A stretch of 64,000 nucleotides of DNA from an uncultured Gammaproteobacteria bacterium (GTDB lineage: Bacteria; Pseudomonadota; Gammaproteobacteria; DRLM01), in the NCBI GenBank assembly GCA_963729605.1, contig CAVSNY010000007.1, forward strand, positions 32,001-96,000, read 5' to 3'. Positions 18,627 to 28,334 of the stretch are shown in pieces (position 1 is the stretch's first letter; each line of letters starts with the position of its first letter). Under the pieces are notes generated by a model that saw nothing but the letters and a program-made list of their open reading frames with translations, made no database searches and was not told the origin of the DNA. The position numbers and the translations under genes are program-made.

Positions 18627-20459
18627 TTACTCCACGGTGACGGATTTAGCGAGATTGCGCGGTTGATCGACGTCGGTGCCCTTCAGCACCGCGACGTGAT
18701 AGGCCAGCAATTGCAGCGGGATGGTGAAGACGATAGGCGCGATGGGGTCGGGCACCGGGCCGATCTTGAAGAACTCGATGTGCGGATCGGCCTCCACGTC
18801 CACCGAATCGTCGGCGAACACGATCAGCTCGCCGCCGCGCGCCTTAACCTCGTGAAGATTGGATTTGAGTTTTTCCAGCAAATCGTTGTGCGGCGCCACG
18901 GCGATCACCGGCATGTCGGCATCCACCAGCGCCAAGGGGCCGTGTTTGAGTTCGCCGGCCGGATACGCTTCGGCGTGTATGTAGGAAATCTCTTTCAACT
19001 TGAGCGCGCCCTCCATCGCCACCGGATATTGCGTGCCGCGGCCGAGAAACAAGGCGTGATGTTTGTCGGCGAAACGCTCGGCGAGTTTTTCGATCTGGGC
19101 ATCCAAGGCCAGCGCTTGCTCGATGCGGCCCGGCAGGCTCTTCAGTTGCGCCACCAGATCGATTTCGGTTTGCGCCGACAAGCCATGACGGCGGCCCAGC
19201 ACGATCACCAGCATCAGCAAGGCCACCAATTGGGTGGTGAAGGCCTTGGTCGACGCGACGCCGATCTCGGGACCGGCGCGCGTCATCAGCGACAAGTCGG
19301 TCTCGCGCACGATCGAGCTTTCCGGCACGTTGCAGATCGCCAGTGAAGCGCCGAAGCCGCGTTGCTTGGCCTCTTGCAGCGCGGCCAAGGTGTCGGCGGT
19401 TTCGCCCGATTGGGAAATCGCCACCACCAAGGAATTGCGGCGCACCACCGGCTGGCGATAACGAAACTCGCTGGCCACCTCGACGCTGCACGGAATGCCC
19501 GCCAGCGATTCGAACCAATAACGCGCCACCATGCCGGCGTGGAAACTGGTGCCGCAGGCGATGATGTGCACGCCTTGCACCTTGCTGAAAATTTCCGCGG
19601 CGCCGAGGCCGAAGGCCGTCTCCAATATCGTTTGACCGTTGATGCGGCCTTCGAGGGTTTCCGCGACGGCGCGGGGCTGCTCGAAGATCTCCTTCTGCAT
19701 GTAGTGGCGATATTCGCCGCGTTCCGCCGCGTCGGCGGTGAGCTCGCTCACCTTCAGCGGCCGTTCGACCACCTCGCCGGCCGCATTGAATATCGTCAAG
19801 CGGTCTTTGGTAAGTTCCGCGACATCGCCGTCCTCGAGAAAGATGAAACGCTGGGTCACCGGAATCAGCGCTGCCACGTCGGAGGCGATGAAGTGTTCGC
19901 CGATACCGACGCCGATCACCAGCGGGCTGCCGCGCCGCGCCGCCACCAGCACGCCGGGCTCGGTCTTGCTCACCACGCCCAAGGCATAGGCGCCGTGCAA
20001 TTCACCCACCGTGGCCTGCATGGCCTTGAGCAGGCTCTTGCCGCTCTCCAAGTGATGATGGATTTGATGCACCACCACTTCGGTGTCGGTCTCCGAGGTG
20101 AACTCGTAACCGGCCTTGCGTTGCGCGGCGCGCAGGCTCTCGTGATTTTCGATGATGCCGTTGTGCACCACCGCCACGATCTTGCGGCAGATGTGGGGAT
20201 GGGCGTTGGACTGGGTGGGTTTGCCGTGAGTCGCCCAGCGGGTGTGGGCGATGCCGCTGCGGCCGTGCAATTCCTCGGCCTTGGCCATCGCCTCCATCTC
20301 CCGCACCTTGCCCGGCGCGCGCACGCGATGCAGACTGTGATCGGCGTCCAGCACCACTACCCCGGAGGAATCATAGCCCCGGTATTCCAGCCGCTTCAGG
20401 CCTTCGATCAAAATAGGAACGACGTCCCGTTCCGCCACCGCGCCCACGATACCGCACAT
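18627..20459 (-). CDS. glmS: Glutamine-fructose-6-phosphate aminotransferase
   Basis: [33 protein letters not shown]-terminal [11 protein letters not shown]. Confidence 0.98.
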   Translation of the reverse strand: MCGIVGAVAERDVVPILIEGLKRLEYRGYDSSGVVVLDADHSLHRVRAPGKVREMEAMAKAEELHGRSGIAHTRWATHGKPTQSNAHPHICRKIVAVVHNGIIENHESLRAAQRKAGYEFTSETDTEVVVHQIHHHLESGKSLLKAMQATVGELHGAYALGVVSKTEPGVLVAARRGSPLVIGVGIGEHFIASDVAALIPVTQRFIFLEDGDVAELTKDRLTIFNAAGEVVERPLKVSELTADAAERGEYRHYMQKEIFEQPRAVAETLEGRINGQTILETAFGLGAAEIFSKVQGVHIIACGTSFHAGMVARYWFESLAGIPCSVEVASEFRYRQPVVRRNSLVVAISQSGETADTLAALQEAKQRGFGASLAICNVPESSIVRETDLSLMTRAGPEIGVASTKAFTTQLVALLMLVIVLGRRHGLSAQTEIDLVAQLKSLPGRIEQALALDAQIEKLAERFADKHHALFLGRGTQYPVAMEGALKLKEISYIHAEAYPAGELKHGPLALVDADMPVIAVAPHNDLLEKLKSNLHEVKARGGELIVFADDSVDVEADPHIEFFKIGPVPDPIAPIVFTIPLQLLAYHVAVLKGTDVDQPRNLAKSVTVE

Positions 20460-20847
20460 AAAAATTCCTTACTGCAAAATTGCAATGGTTAAATCAGCTC
20501 GCCGTGAGACGGAGATCCCAGCGGACGAATCAAGGGGAGAACGGCGTTACCCCTTTTTGCAAATCCCAACGCCAAGGTCTTCGCGGCAAGCCGCGGGATG
20601 TTTGAAATTAACTTGAAATTTATCCGGCAAAATTATCTCACACCGATTTCCTTTTTTATATCGGCCGGCGGTCCGTCTTTCTTTGGCCCGCCTCGTGCAA
20701 GCTACTACGGCTTGAGCTGGGCCGGGAAAGAGGTATGCTTTTAAGCACGCTTGGCCTTTTACCCCTGCCCAGCCAGGCATTATCCCCCCGGCGCCGACCC
20801 ATCCCCGTCGCGCCGCCCCCGTACCATCGCTATCTAAGGAGAGAAGC

Positions 20848-21564
20848 ATGAAACATTCGATTCCCGCCGCTATTGTCTTGTTTGGCCTGGCCTCGACCCC
20901 GGTCTTGGCCGACGACCTCGACCAGATCGAGTTTTTGACCCAGGACCAGTTCAGGGACATATCGGAGGACTTGGGTGCGGCCCTCAGTTATAAACCGCTA
21001 GGTCCAGCCGAACCCCAAGGTTTGACCGGTTTCGACATCGGCCTGGAAGTGACCGCCACCCAATTGAAACACAAAGACAGCTGGGATGCCGCCAGTTCGG
21101 GCGATGCGCCCGACACCTTGTACGTGCCCAATATCCACGTCACCAAAGGCTTGCCCTTCAATATCGACGTCGGCGCCATGTACAGCGCCGTGCCCGACAG
21201 CAACATCAATCTGCTGGGCGCCGAGATCCGCTACGCGATACTCCCCGGCGGCCCGGTCTCGCCCGCGGTATCGATACGCGGCACGTACACCAAACTGAGC
21301 GGCGTCGATGACCTCGACTTCGACACCAAGGGGGTGGAATTGTCGGTCTCCAAGGGTTTCGCCATGTTGACGCCCTACGCCGGCATCGGTCGGATCTGGG
21401 TGGACAGTCAAGCCGACACCCCGACCCTCAGCGACGAGAGCTTTCAGCAGAACAAAGTTTACGTCGGCGCCAACCTCAATCTGGCGGTGATCAATCTAGG
21501 GGTCGAATACGATAGAACCGGCAACACCAATTCTTACGGCGTGAAGGTCGGCTGGCGGTTTTAA
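20848..21564 (+). CDS. Hypothetical outer-membrane beta-barrel protein
   Basis: AAGGAG RBS, signal peptide, alternating beta-strand pattern, C-terminal YGVKVGWRF beta-signal. Confidence 0.7.
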   Translation: MKHSIPAAIVLFGLASTPVLADDLDQIEFLTQDQFRDISEDLGAALSYKPLGPAEPQGLTGFDIGLEVTATQLKHKDSWDAASSGDAPDTLYVPNIHVTKGLPFNIDVGAMYSAVPDSNINLLGAEIRYAILPGGPVSPAVSIRGTYTKLSGVDDLDFDTKGVELSVSKGFAMLTPYAGIGRIWVDSQADTPTLSDESFQQNKVYVGANLNLAVINLGVEYDRTGNTNSYGVKVGWRF

Positions 21565-21655
21565 ACCCGCGACAACAGGCGTGGCCCATCACCGGCGGGA
21601 CACCCCTCCCTGTACCAGGAGGGGTGATTTCCGTTTCTGAATTGACGATATTACG

Positions 21656-22375
21656 CTAGAAACTATAGAGCAGATTCACCCCGGTCAAGGTATCGGTGTG
21701 TTCACCGCGGGCGCCGACGATGTCGCTGTTGTAGCGTACGGTGTAAGTGATTTTCGAGGAAAGATTGCCGACGATCGTCATCGTCAAACCGGTAACCGAT
21801 TCGATGAAGGTGTTCTCTTCGCCGAACTCGATACGCAGCGCTTCGGACAATTTGGCGTGTTCGGAAAGCCTGCCCTCGTATTTGCCGCCGAGAAAGCCCA
21901 GCGCTTCGTTCTCGGCCAAACCGGCGGTGTCGGGGCTCGCCACATATTCAGTCTGGCGCGCGCCGACACCGATCTCGGCTTCGAGCTTGTGCGTTTCGTT
22001 ATCGAGCAACTGGCGACCATAACCGACCACCTCTGAAAAACGGTTATCGATGGCCGAAAATTGATCCTGATCATAACGCAGAATGCCGAACGCATAATCC
22101 TTGCCCGTCAGGAAATAACGCGGCCGATAACCCAGCGCATAACGCTCGGCGGTCCGCGCGCCCAGATCTTCGGCGTAATACGCCTCGGCGAATAGGTTGT
22201 GCAGCCAGCGCAAGGCTTCGCGGTCGGCGTTGATCCGGCCATTCGCAACCGTGGTCTCGGTATTGCCGGTCGAACTGTTGACGCCCAACTCCGCCTCGCC
22301 TTTCCACTCGGCGTGCCCCGTGCCGGAAACCAGCATCGCCACGCATCCCGCCGTTATCAAGTTTGGTTTCTTCAT
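21656..22375 (-). CDS. DUF481/YdiY family outer-membrane protein
   Basis: Signal peptide, WKGEAELG...TGNTET, GYGRQ, DTLTGVNLLYSF. Confidence 0.82.
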   Translation of the reverse strand: MKKPNLITAGCVAMLVSGTGHAEWKGEAELGVNSSTGNTETTVANGRINADREALRWLHNLFAEAYYAEDLGARTAERYALGYRPRYFLTGKDYAFGILRYDQDQFSAIDNRFSEVVGYGRQLLDNETHKLEAEIGVGARQTEYVASPDTAGLAENEALGFLGGKYEGRLSEHAKLSEALRIEFGEENTFIESVTGLTMTIVGNLSSKITYTVRYNSDIVGARGEHTDTLTGVNLLYSF

Positions 22376-22417
22376 CCTACTTCTCCATCTCGTGAATTAT
22401 TGAATCGGTGAAATGAA

Positions 22418-22766
22418 CTAAAACCTATCTCAAAATTGGAACAAAAATCCCAAACCGGAGGCGTCATTCCCCCTCTCCCGCGAGCGGGAGAGGGGAAGGG
22501 GTGAGGGTGGTCGGACAACCACCGTCACGATACCAGGGCATCCTGCCTCCCCTCTCTCCCCTCACCCTATCCCTCTCCCGCCCGCGGGAGAGGGTATCTG
22601 TTCTGAATTTTTCTGTGCCTAACTGAATATTGCTTGCCCCAGTTGTCAGTCTCTCGTAAAAAATCGCAACGGGGATTGCAAGACAGCGCTCGTCGGCAAA
22701 TAAGCCATCGTCATGGGCGACCCGCCCGTTGAATATGCTCACAGTCGATTTTGAGATCGATTCTAA
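22418..22766. mobile_element. Degenerate ~345-bp MITE-like element containing two REP-like hairpins
   Basis: CTAA direct repeats (22418, 22763) flank imperfect inverted ends AACCTATCTCAAAAT / ATTTTGAGATCGATT; inverted CCCTCTCCC hairpins at 22471-22507 and 22559-22594. Confidence 0.45.
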
Positions 22767-23071
22767 TGGATCGAAGCACATAATTCCCCGGGTATAGGGA
22801 AGAATCTTCAATCCGGTTTTTTAGTTACCGGTCACTAAAAACGGCTTCCGCTACCGCGCGCGGCAAGAAATGCGGCGATGAGATTCAACGCGACTGCATG
22901 ATGAAGTTGAAATACTAAAGCCTGCGCCGCCCTCATGCAATTTTTGAAAAATTTACACACTTGGAATTTTCGCTGAGGCGCCCCGCGACCATATCGATCC
23001 ACGCGAATAACGGCTTTTCCGTGAAATAAGGTGCGGCGGCACGCCTCGGAGAGAGGCGCACGGCCGCCGCG

Positions 23072-23872
23072 TTATTCCGCGGGTGGAACGGCGTTCAAGG
23101 CGGCGGATAAGGCATTCATCTCGTGCGGCGTGAGCGCGCGGCTCTCGCCCTTGGCGAGTTCACCCAGGGCGAGCGGCCCGATCGCCACACGGATCAAACG
23201 CAGCACCTCAGCGCCGCAGGCCTCTATCAAACGGCGAATCTGCCGGTTTTTTCCCTCATGCAAGATAATTTCCAGCCAGCTGGTTTTTCCACCGGCGCGC
23301 AGCAGTCTCACTTCGCTCACCTTCAACAAGGTGCCGTCCTCCATGGGCAGGCCCTCGCGCAACAGGGCGAACTGCCGGTCGGTAAGCTGGCTGCTCAATT
23401 GCACATGATAGGTCTTGCTCAGGTGCGAAACCGGATCGAGCAAGCGGCCGGCCCATTCCGTATCGTTGGTGAACAACAACAAACCTTCGCTGGCCTTGTC
23501 CAAACGCCCCACCGGGGCCAAGCCGTGATCCGCCTCATCCGCAAAACAACTATAAACCGTGGCGCGTTCGTGTTCGTCGCGCGCGGTGGTCACCAGGCCG
23601 CGCGGTTTATTGAGCATGACGTAACGTCTGGGCACGGCGCGCGCGGGCACACCGTCGAGACGCAGTTCATCGCGTTCCAATATCACCGGCGATTCCGGAT
23701 CAACGATTATTTTACCGTTGATGCTGACGCGGCCGGCACGCACCCATTGCGCGGCGACGCTGCGCGAAGCAAGACCCAACTTGGACAAGGCGCGCGCCGC
23801 GCCGACACGCCGGCCGGGCGGTTTGTCTGGAATTTTATTGGGCCTGGTAGGCCGCCGGGTGGACACGGGCAT
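23072..23872 (-). CDS. RsuA/RluE-type 23S/16S rRNA pseudouridine synthase with S4 domain
   Basis: LSKLGLASR, LNKPRG, VGRLDKASEGLLLFTND, EGKNRQIRR, LIRVAIG. Confidence 0.9.
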   Translation of the reverse strand: MPVSTRRPTRPNKIPDKPPGRRVGAARALSKLGLASRSVAAQWVRAGRVSINGKIIVDPESPVILERDELRLDGVPARAVPRRYVMLNKPRGLVTTARDEHERATVYSCFADEADHGLAPVGRLDKASEGLLLFTNDTEWAGRLLDPVSHLSKTYHVQLSSQLTDRQFALLREGLPMEDGTLLKVSEVRLLRAGGKTSWLEIILHEGKNRQIRRLIEACGAEVLRLIRVAIGPLALGELAKGESRALTPHEMNALSAALNAVPPAE

Positions 23873-24043
23873 TGAAAAACATCTACTCGAAGTATTGGCG
23901 ATGCTTACTTTAACGCGTTTCATCATCGCCAGTCATGCGAGCTGGTTTTATTGGGCCAATTCGAGGCCTGGTATCGGCAGTTGGTCCAAGCCCAGAGGAT
24001 TTACTTGGCGTTAGCGAAGACGATGGTATTGCCGTAAGCGCCA

Positions 24044-24372
24044 ATGAATACGCCACTCAGATGCGAATACCGTTGCAACCACCCCGCCCCTGCGGGGCAC
24101 CCCTCCTTGAGACAAGGAGGGGAGAGGCTGTTCCGACTTTACGGTGTCCCATACTTGCTTATCCTGACACGACCACAGCGATTTCGTAAGCACCACGCCT
24201 TGCGCGACTGCGTCAGTACTCCCCTCCTCAACCGAGGAGGGGTGGCGCGTTTAGCGCCGGGGTGGTGGATTTTAAAAGCGCGGTGGATGAATACGCCGCT
24301 CGGATGCGAACACCGCTGCGTTCAACCACCCCGCCCCTACGGGGCACCCCTCCTTGAGACAAGGAGGGGAGA
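24044..24372. repeat. REP-like cluster: two ~85-bp direct repeats with an inverted related unit between them
   Basis: ATGAATACGCC...AACCACCCCGCCCCT(G/A)CGGGGCACCCCTCCTTGAGACAAGGAGGGGAGA at 24044 and 24287; inverted variant at ~24219-24266. Confidence 0.85.
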
Positions 24373-24473
24373 TAGGTGCTTCTGTATTCATGAGGGATTA
24401 CACGTGGTACGTGGCCTTCACCGCCCAAGCCGCAAGGTCGCGAGCGGCCTTCGCTAACGCGGCGAAACCGCGC

Positions 24474-25847
24474 TTATTCCACCTTCTTTTTCTTCACCGG
24501 CCGCTTCCAGCCTTTGCGGGTCTGCTGCGGCGCGCGGCTCAAAGTGAGTTCGCCGGGCGGCGCGTCTTTGCTGATGGTGGAACCGGCGCCGATGGTGGCG
24601 CCGGCACCCACCGTCACCGGCGCGATCAATTGCGTGTCGGAACCGACGAACACGTCGTCTTCAATGACGGTTTGATGTTTATTCGCGCCGTCGTAATTGC
24701 AAGTGATGGTGCCGGCGCCGACATTGACGCGTTTACCGATGGTCGCGTCACCGACGTAGCTAAGATGATTTACTTTCGAACCCTGGCCGATCTCCGCCTT
24801 TTTGATCTCGACGAAATTGCCAACGTGCACGTCGTCGGCGAGCACCGTACCGGGGCGGATGCGCGCAAACGGCCCGATACGCGAGCCCGCGCCGATGCCG
24901 GCTTCCTCGATGACGCAATTGGCTTGCACGACCACGCCGTCGGCGATGCTGACGTCGCGCAGATAACAGTTGGGGCCGATGCTGACGTCGTCGCCGATAA
25001 TCACCTTGCCTTCGCATACCACGTTGACGTCGATCACCACGTCGCGACCCACGCTGAGCTCGCCGCGCACGTCGAAACGCGCGGGGTCGCGCAAGGTCAC
25101 GCCTTGCGTCATCAAGGTTTCGGCTTGTTGCAGTTGATGGATGCGTTCCAGCTCGGCGAGCTGCGATTTATTGTTGATACCCATGATCTCGGCGATCGCG
25201 GCGGGATGAACCGTCTTCACCGCCACGCCGTCGCGCACCGCCATGGCGATGACGTCGGTGAGATAAAACTCGCCCTGGGAATTTTTATTGTCCAAACTTG
25301 CCACCCACTGCCGCAGCCGCGCGGCGCTCACCGCCAGCATGCCGGTATTGATCTCGTTGATGCGGCGCTGCGCGTCGCTGGCGTCCTTGTGCTCGACGAT
25401 GGCGATCACGTCGCCCTGCGCGTCGCGGATGATGCGGCCGTAGCCGGTGGGATCGTCGAGGTGCGCGGTCAATAAACCCAGGGCGCCGCCTTCGGCCGCG
25501 GCCAATAAACGTCGCAAGGTGTCGGAGCGGGTCAGCGGCACATCGCCGTACAACACCAACACTGTTTGCTCGGCCCCGATGTCGGGCAGCGCCTGCGCCA
25601 CCGCGTGGCCGGTGCCCAGTTGCTGTTGCTGCTGCACCCACTGCACCGGCAGCTCGCTCAGCGCGGCGCGCACCTGTTCACCGCCATGACCGTACACCAC
25701 GTGCATCGCGTCCGGCGTCAAACTCTGCGCGGTGCGGATGACATGGGCCAACATCGGCCGGCCGCCGATGGCGTGCAGCACCTTCGGCAACTTGGAACGC
25801 ATGCGGGTGCCTTGACCGGCGGCGAGAATGACAACACTGAGTTTCAT
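24474..25847 (-). CDS. glmU: Bifunctional UDP-GlcNAc pyrophosphorylase / GlcN-1-P acetyltransferase
   Basis: [27 protein letters not shown], hexapeptide repeats, [16 protein letters not shown]. Confidence 0.98.
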   Translation of the reverse strand: MKLSVVILAAGQGTRMRSKLPKVLHAIGGRPMLAHVIRTAQSLTPDAMHVVYGHGGEQVRAALSELPVQWVQQQQQLGTGHAVAQALPDIGAEQTVLVLYGDVPLTRSDTLRRLLAAAEGGALGLLTAHLDDPTGYGRIIRDAQGDVIAIVEHKDASDAQRRINEINTGMLAVSAARLRQWVASLDNKNSQGEFYLTDVIAMAVRDGVAVKTVHPAAIAEIMGINNKSQLAELERIHQLQQAETLMTQGVTLRDPARFDVRGELSVGRDVVIDVNVVCEGKVIIGDDVSIGPNCYLRDVSIADGVVVQANCVIEEAGIGAGSRIGPFARIRPGTVLADDVHVGNFVEIKKAEIGQGSKVNHLSYVGDATIGKRVNVGAGTITCNYDGANKHQTVIEDDVFVGSDTQLIAPVTVGAGATIGAGSTISKDAPPGELTLSRAPQQTRKGWKRPVKKKKVE

Positions 25848-26361
25848 AGAGTTACTGTCCGTGCATGGTTATTTAAATTTAATCACCCATCAATTTTCGC
25901 GTTGAGCATGGTTGCCTATCCAGAAACACGACGAACCATCATCCACTTCAACGGCAAGAGCGCGATATTAAGTAGCCTGGGTTGAGCGGGAGCGAAACCC
26001 GGGAGTCCACCGTGTCACCTACAAACAACGTGTACGCAGATTATCGTAATAACAGCCAAATTCAAACACGCGGGGTGCGCGTGTGGACTGGCGCATCTTG
26101 TTCAACGCCCCGGACTGAATCCAAGTACAAAGTATCCGGGCAGATATCCTGCTCATGCGGCCACACGACTGTGCCGTCCCAATACCCGCGACTGCTTAAC
26201 CAATTCGTCCTTATTCACGGTCGTAGGGCGGATGCGTGTAACGCGATCCGGCGAATGCTTGGCTTGAGGACAAACACATCATGTGAGCCATGCACTTACT
26301 TCACAATGCTTCATCGCGTAGCCATTCGGCGGAACGCCCGTTGGGCTTCCGCCCTACGTGC

Positions 26362-26406
26362 TACGCCGCCTTTTGGCGCAGCGTCCCCTAGAACGAAAGG
26401 TTATGC
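26362..26406 (-). mobile_element. Truncated attC site (left half only)
   Basis: Minus strand GCATAAC-CTTTCGTTCTAGGGGACGCTGCGCCAAAAGGCGGCG overlaps the stop of ORF 26401-26601, then is cut off by a REP. Confidence 0.6.
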
Positions 26407-26601
26407 ATCGCCGGGTGGACCGATCTCTTCGGCCAATTGCTGCAACCAGGACACAACGGTGGGGATGTCGTGAGGAAGCATCATGACGATGGCGGGGTCT
26501 TCGCCCATTGAGTGGTCTTGTTTAAGGCAGATAAACCCGCCTTCAGAGATGTAAGCCTCTATGGTGTCTCGGCCAGGAAGTTTCATTTTGTTTTCAGACA
26601 C
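26401..26601 (-). CDS. Small hypothetical protein, probable integron cassette gene
   Basis: 66 aa, AGGAG RBS, lower GC, stop TAA lies inside an RYYYAAC-like inverse core site. Confidence 0.55.
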   Translation of the reverse strand: MSENKMKLPGRDTIEAYISEGGFICLKQDHSMGEDPAIVMMLPHDIPTVVSWLQQLAEEIGPPGDA

Positions 26602-26796
26602 GGAGAGCTCCTATGAATGTTATGACTGTGAAGACTGGCCTGGAGGTAAGTGGGCGAGTGGTATTCGAGACCGTTTTATCGCCACCTCACAAGCGAAGTC
26701 CACGTAGGTTGGGCTGAACTTGTGAAGCCCAACACATTAACGCCTGCCGTAGTTTCTGTCTCATTGCACGTAGTACGTTTAAATAACGCACTAGAA

Positions 26797-26870
26797 AAAT
26801 CAGATCGCCGTTCGGCTAAGTCATCTAAGAAATAGATTCCTCCTGCTGCATCGGCTCTCTGGTAGCGCAC
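26797..26870 (-). pseudogene. 5' remnant of a REP-associated tyrosine transposase (RAYT, IS200/IS605 TnpA-REP)
   Basis: MRYQRADAAGGIYF..LAERRSD resembles the RAYT N-terminus (MxYRR..xGGTYFFTVxL.xR); bracketed by an inverted pair of nearly identical GTAG REPs. Confidence 0.65.
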
Positions 26871-27148
26871 CTTTCATTTTTCACCTGTGATGTTGGGCTT
26901 CACGAGTTCCGCCCAATCTACGCGGGCTGCGCGATGCGCATTGCGTTCCCAAACGTGAAAGAAGATTCGTCCATAACATGACCTCCCCTCGCATGAAACG
27001 CTCTTGGCGGCGCTGGCCAACTGGTTAACTATCACCGCGTTGGGTGCAATGAACAAAGCGCATTGCACCGGATGTAATCATCATCTTCGGCGCAATGCCC
27101 GTTGGTTATTGCGCCCTACGCGCTGGGCCTGCCGTGCCATCCCATGAT

Positions 27149-27235
27149 GCCTAGCATCTCGCGTAACTGGCAACCCAAAGCTGCATAGAGAAGCAGCGCA
27201 GCTTTAGGTTGCCGATGTTTACGCGATTGTTATGC
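27149..27235 (-). mobile_element. attC site (87 bp) with mutated R' core
   Basis: Minus strand GCATAAC-AATCGCGTAAAC-ATCGGCAACCTAAAGCTGCG...GCAGCTTTGGGTTGCC-AGTTACGCGAGAT-GCTAGGC; long imperfect palindrome directly at the gene stop. Confidence 0.8.
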
Positions 27236-27613
27236 AGAGCATTTTGGATCGATTACAAATGTTGTTTGATCAAATTGCTGCCAAGCTCCCGTACCCACAC
27301 CATCTACAACTAATATTGTTATGATTCCAAAATCTATAAATACACCGAGAAGTGTAGTGGCATCAAAAGATTTTGATACTGGTATTGTTACGGCTTCACA
27401 GCCTTCTTTTCTGGCGGTTATCGTGTAATCCATTTTCTTTTTAAATGTAGTTACCCCGTTTCCTTTGCCTATGTACTGCTCGTTAACATAGAGCTTTACA
27501 TCATCGCCATTGCTTCTTATTGCTACCTGTTGAGACGATCCATTGAACATGGTTGCACACCCAGAAAGGGCGATAGTAGTGGCAATCAATGTAGAAGCTA
27601 TCGTTGTTTTCAT
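27230..27613 (-). CDS. Cassette-encoded lipoprotein with PEGA-like domain
   Basis: Lipobox LSGC, CATMFNGSSQQVAIRS, C-terminal hydrophobic segment then VDGVGTGAW; low GC; bounded by attC sites. Confidence 0.75.
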   Translation of the reverse strand: MKTTIASTLIATTIALSGCATMFNGSSQQVAIRSNGDDVKLYVNEQYIGKGNGVTTFKKKMDYTITARKEGCEAVTIPVSKSFDATTLLGVFIDFGIITILVVDGVGTGAWQQFDQTTFVIDPKCSA

Positions 27614-27654
27614 GTGTTACCTCGTTGGTTGTTGTTGGTTGTTGGTTGTTTTTT

Positions 27655-27734
27655 GCATATCATTTAGCTTGAGGGGCGCGGAAACAGGCGGCGAAGCCGG
27701 CTTTGGGTCGTCCATCTCGAAGCGTTTGTTAGAT
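27655..27734 (-). mobile_element. attC site (80 bp) with mutated R' core
   Basis: Minus strand ATCTAAC-AAACGCTTCGAG...CTCAAGCTAAAT-GATATGC directly after the stop of ORF 27735-28118. Confidence 0.75.
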
Positions 27735-28118
27735 TTATTCAAGTTTGATTGCTTCTGCTGTGCAAGTAACACTTTCCCAGCAGTTATAAGTTGTTGTTGT
27801 GCCACGTGGGTGGTCGCATTGTAGGTTTGCTATTCCATCAGCCCCCATCTGCTGGGCCCAATAGCGAGCTTGAAAAATGGCATCGCTTTTCGTTGCAGCG
27901 TGATCCCATACTTTGTTTTTGCATGAGATACCTTCAACGATATTAATGACCTTGAACTTACGGTCGATGAGTTGGGTTTGGTTGTAAATCGCCACTTCAT
28001 TTACGGCTCGACGCTGTTCGGGTGGAATGTCTTCCATTTTTACCACTGGTACCATTGCCCCACAGCCTGCTAGTAATGCAACCACCAACCAAAGGGGGAT
28101 TTGATTTTTGATGTGCAT
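27735..28118 (-). CDS. Cassette-encoded lipoprotein, RcsF/YbjQ-like fold
   Basis: Lipobox LAGC; VEGISC...AQQMGADGI..LQC...NCWESVTCTAEAI (four Cys in an RcsF-like pattern); AGGAG RBS; low GC. Confidence 0.7.
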   Translation of the reverse strand: MHIKNQIPLWLVVALLAGCGAMVPVVKMEDIPPEQRRAVNEVAIYNQTQLIDRKFKVINIVEGISCKNKVWDHAATKSDAIFQARYWAQQMGADGIANLQCDHPRGTTTTYNCWESVTCTAEAIKLE

Positions 28119-28284
28119 AGAATGGCTCCTGAAAATCTAATTTATATTCGACGCCTAATTGGGGCCTTTCTTTACGCCAATGTGGTGGATAATCCAAAAG
28201 CTGTCAATACAGTCAACGACGTCTCTACGCGTCTTTCAATATGTGCCCTGATTAAAAAGATTTACGTCATGCCGCCGCGCAAAT

Positions 28285-28312
28285 AAAAAAGGCCGCATTA
28301 AGCGGCCTTTTT
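28285..28312. terminator. Bidirectional intrinsic terminator of the atp operon
   Basis: AAAAAAGGCCGC-atta-aGCGGCCTTTTT, ~22 bp downstream of the atpC stop. Confidence 0.85.
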
Positions 28313-28334
28313 CATATCCAAAAGCTTTTCTACC

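Larger units (their letters stand above)
25972..27119. repeat. Cluster of GTAG-type REP sequences including three inverted doublets (REPIN-like)
   Basis: GTAG plus hairpin at 25972(+), 26223(+)/26328-26357(-), 26704(+)/26891-26921(-), 27039(+, GTTG variant)/27089-27119(-). Confidence 0.8.

Noticed and set aside
18560-18660. Tn7 insertion at attTn7 downstream of glmS
   Set aside because: The glmS 3' end is a normal attTn7 target, but I saw no TGT...ACA ends, 5-bp duplication or tns genes; the site appears empty.
20460-20847. glmS ribozyme or riboswitch upstream of glmS
   Set aside because: No recognisable conserved core, and the ribozyme is characteristic of Gram-positive lineages.
24044-24372. 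CRISPR array (also considered for 1145-1339 and 26223-27119)
   Set aside because: Only two direct copies, long hairpin-type units in mixed orientation, no regular repeat-spacer period and no cas genes; these fit REP/BIME elements.
25982-26473. 163-aa plus-strand ORF upstream of glmU
   Set aside because: Runs through REP elements and a half attC and overlaps the minus-strand cassette gene; no motifs.
28135-28165. attI site (minus strand ATTAGGC-N11-ATTAGAT) at the head of the cassette array
   Set aside because: Both heptamers lack GTT and there is no adjacent intI, so it cannot be distinguished from a decayed attC or secondary site.
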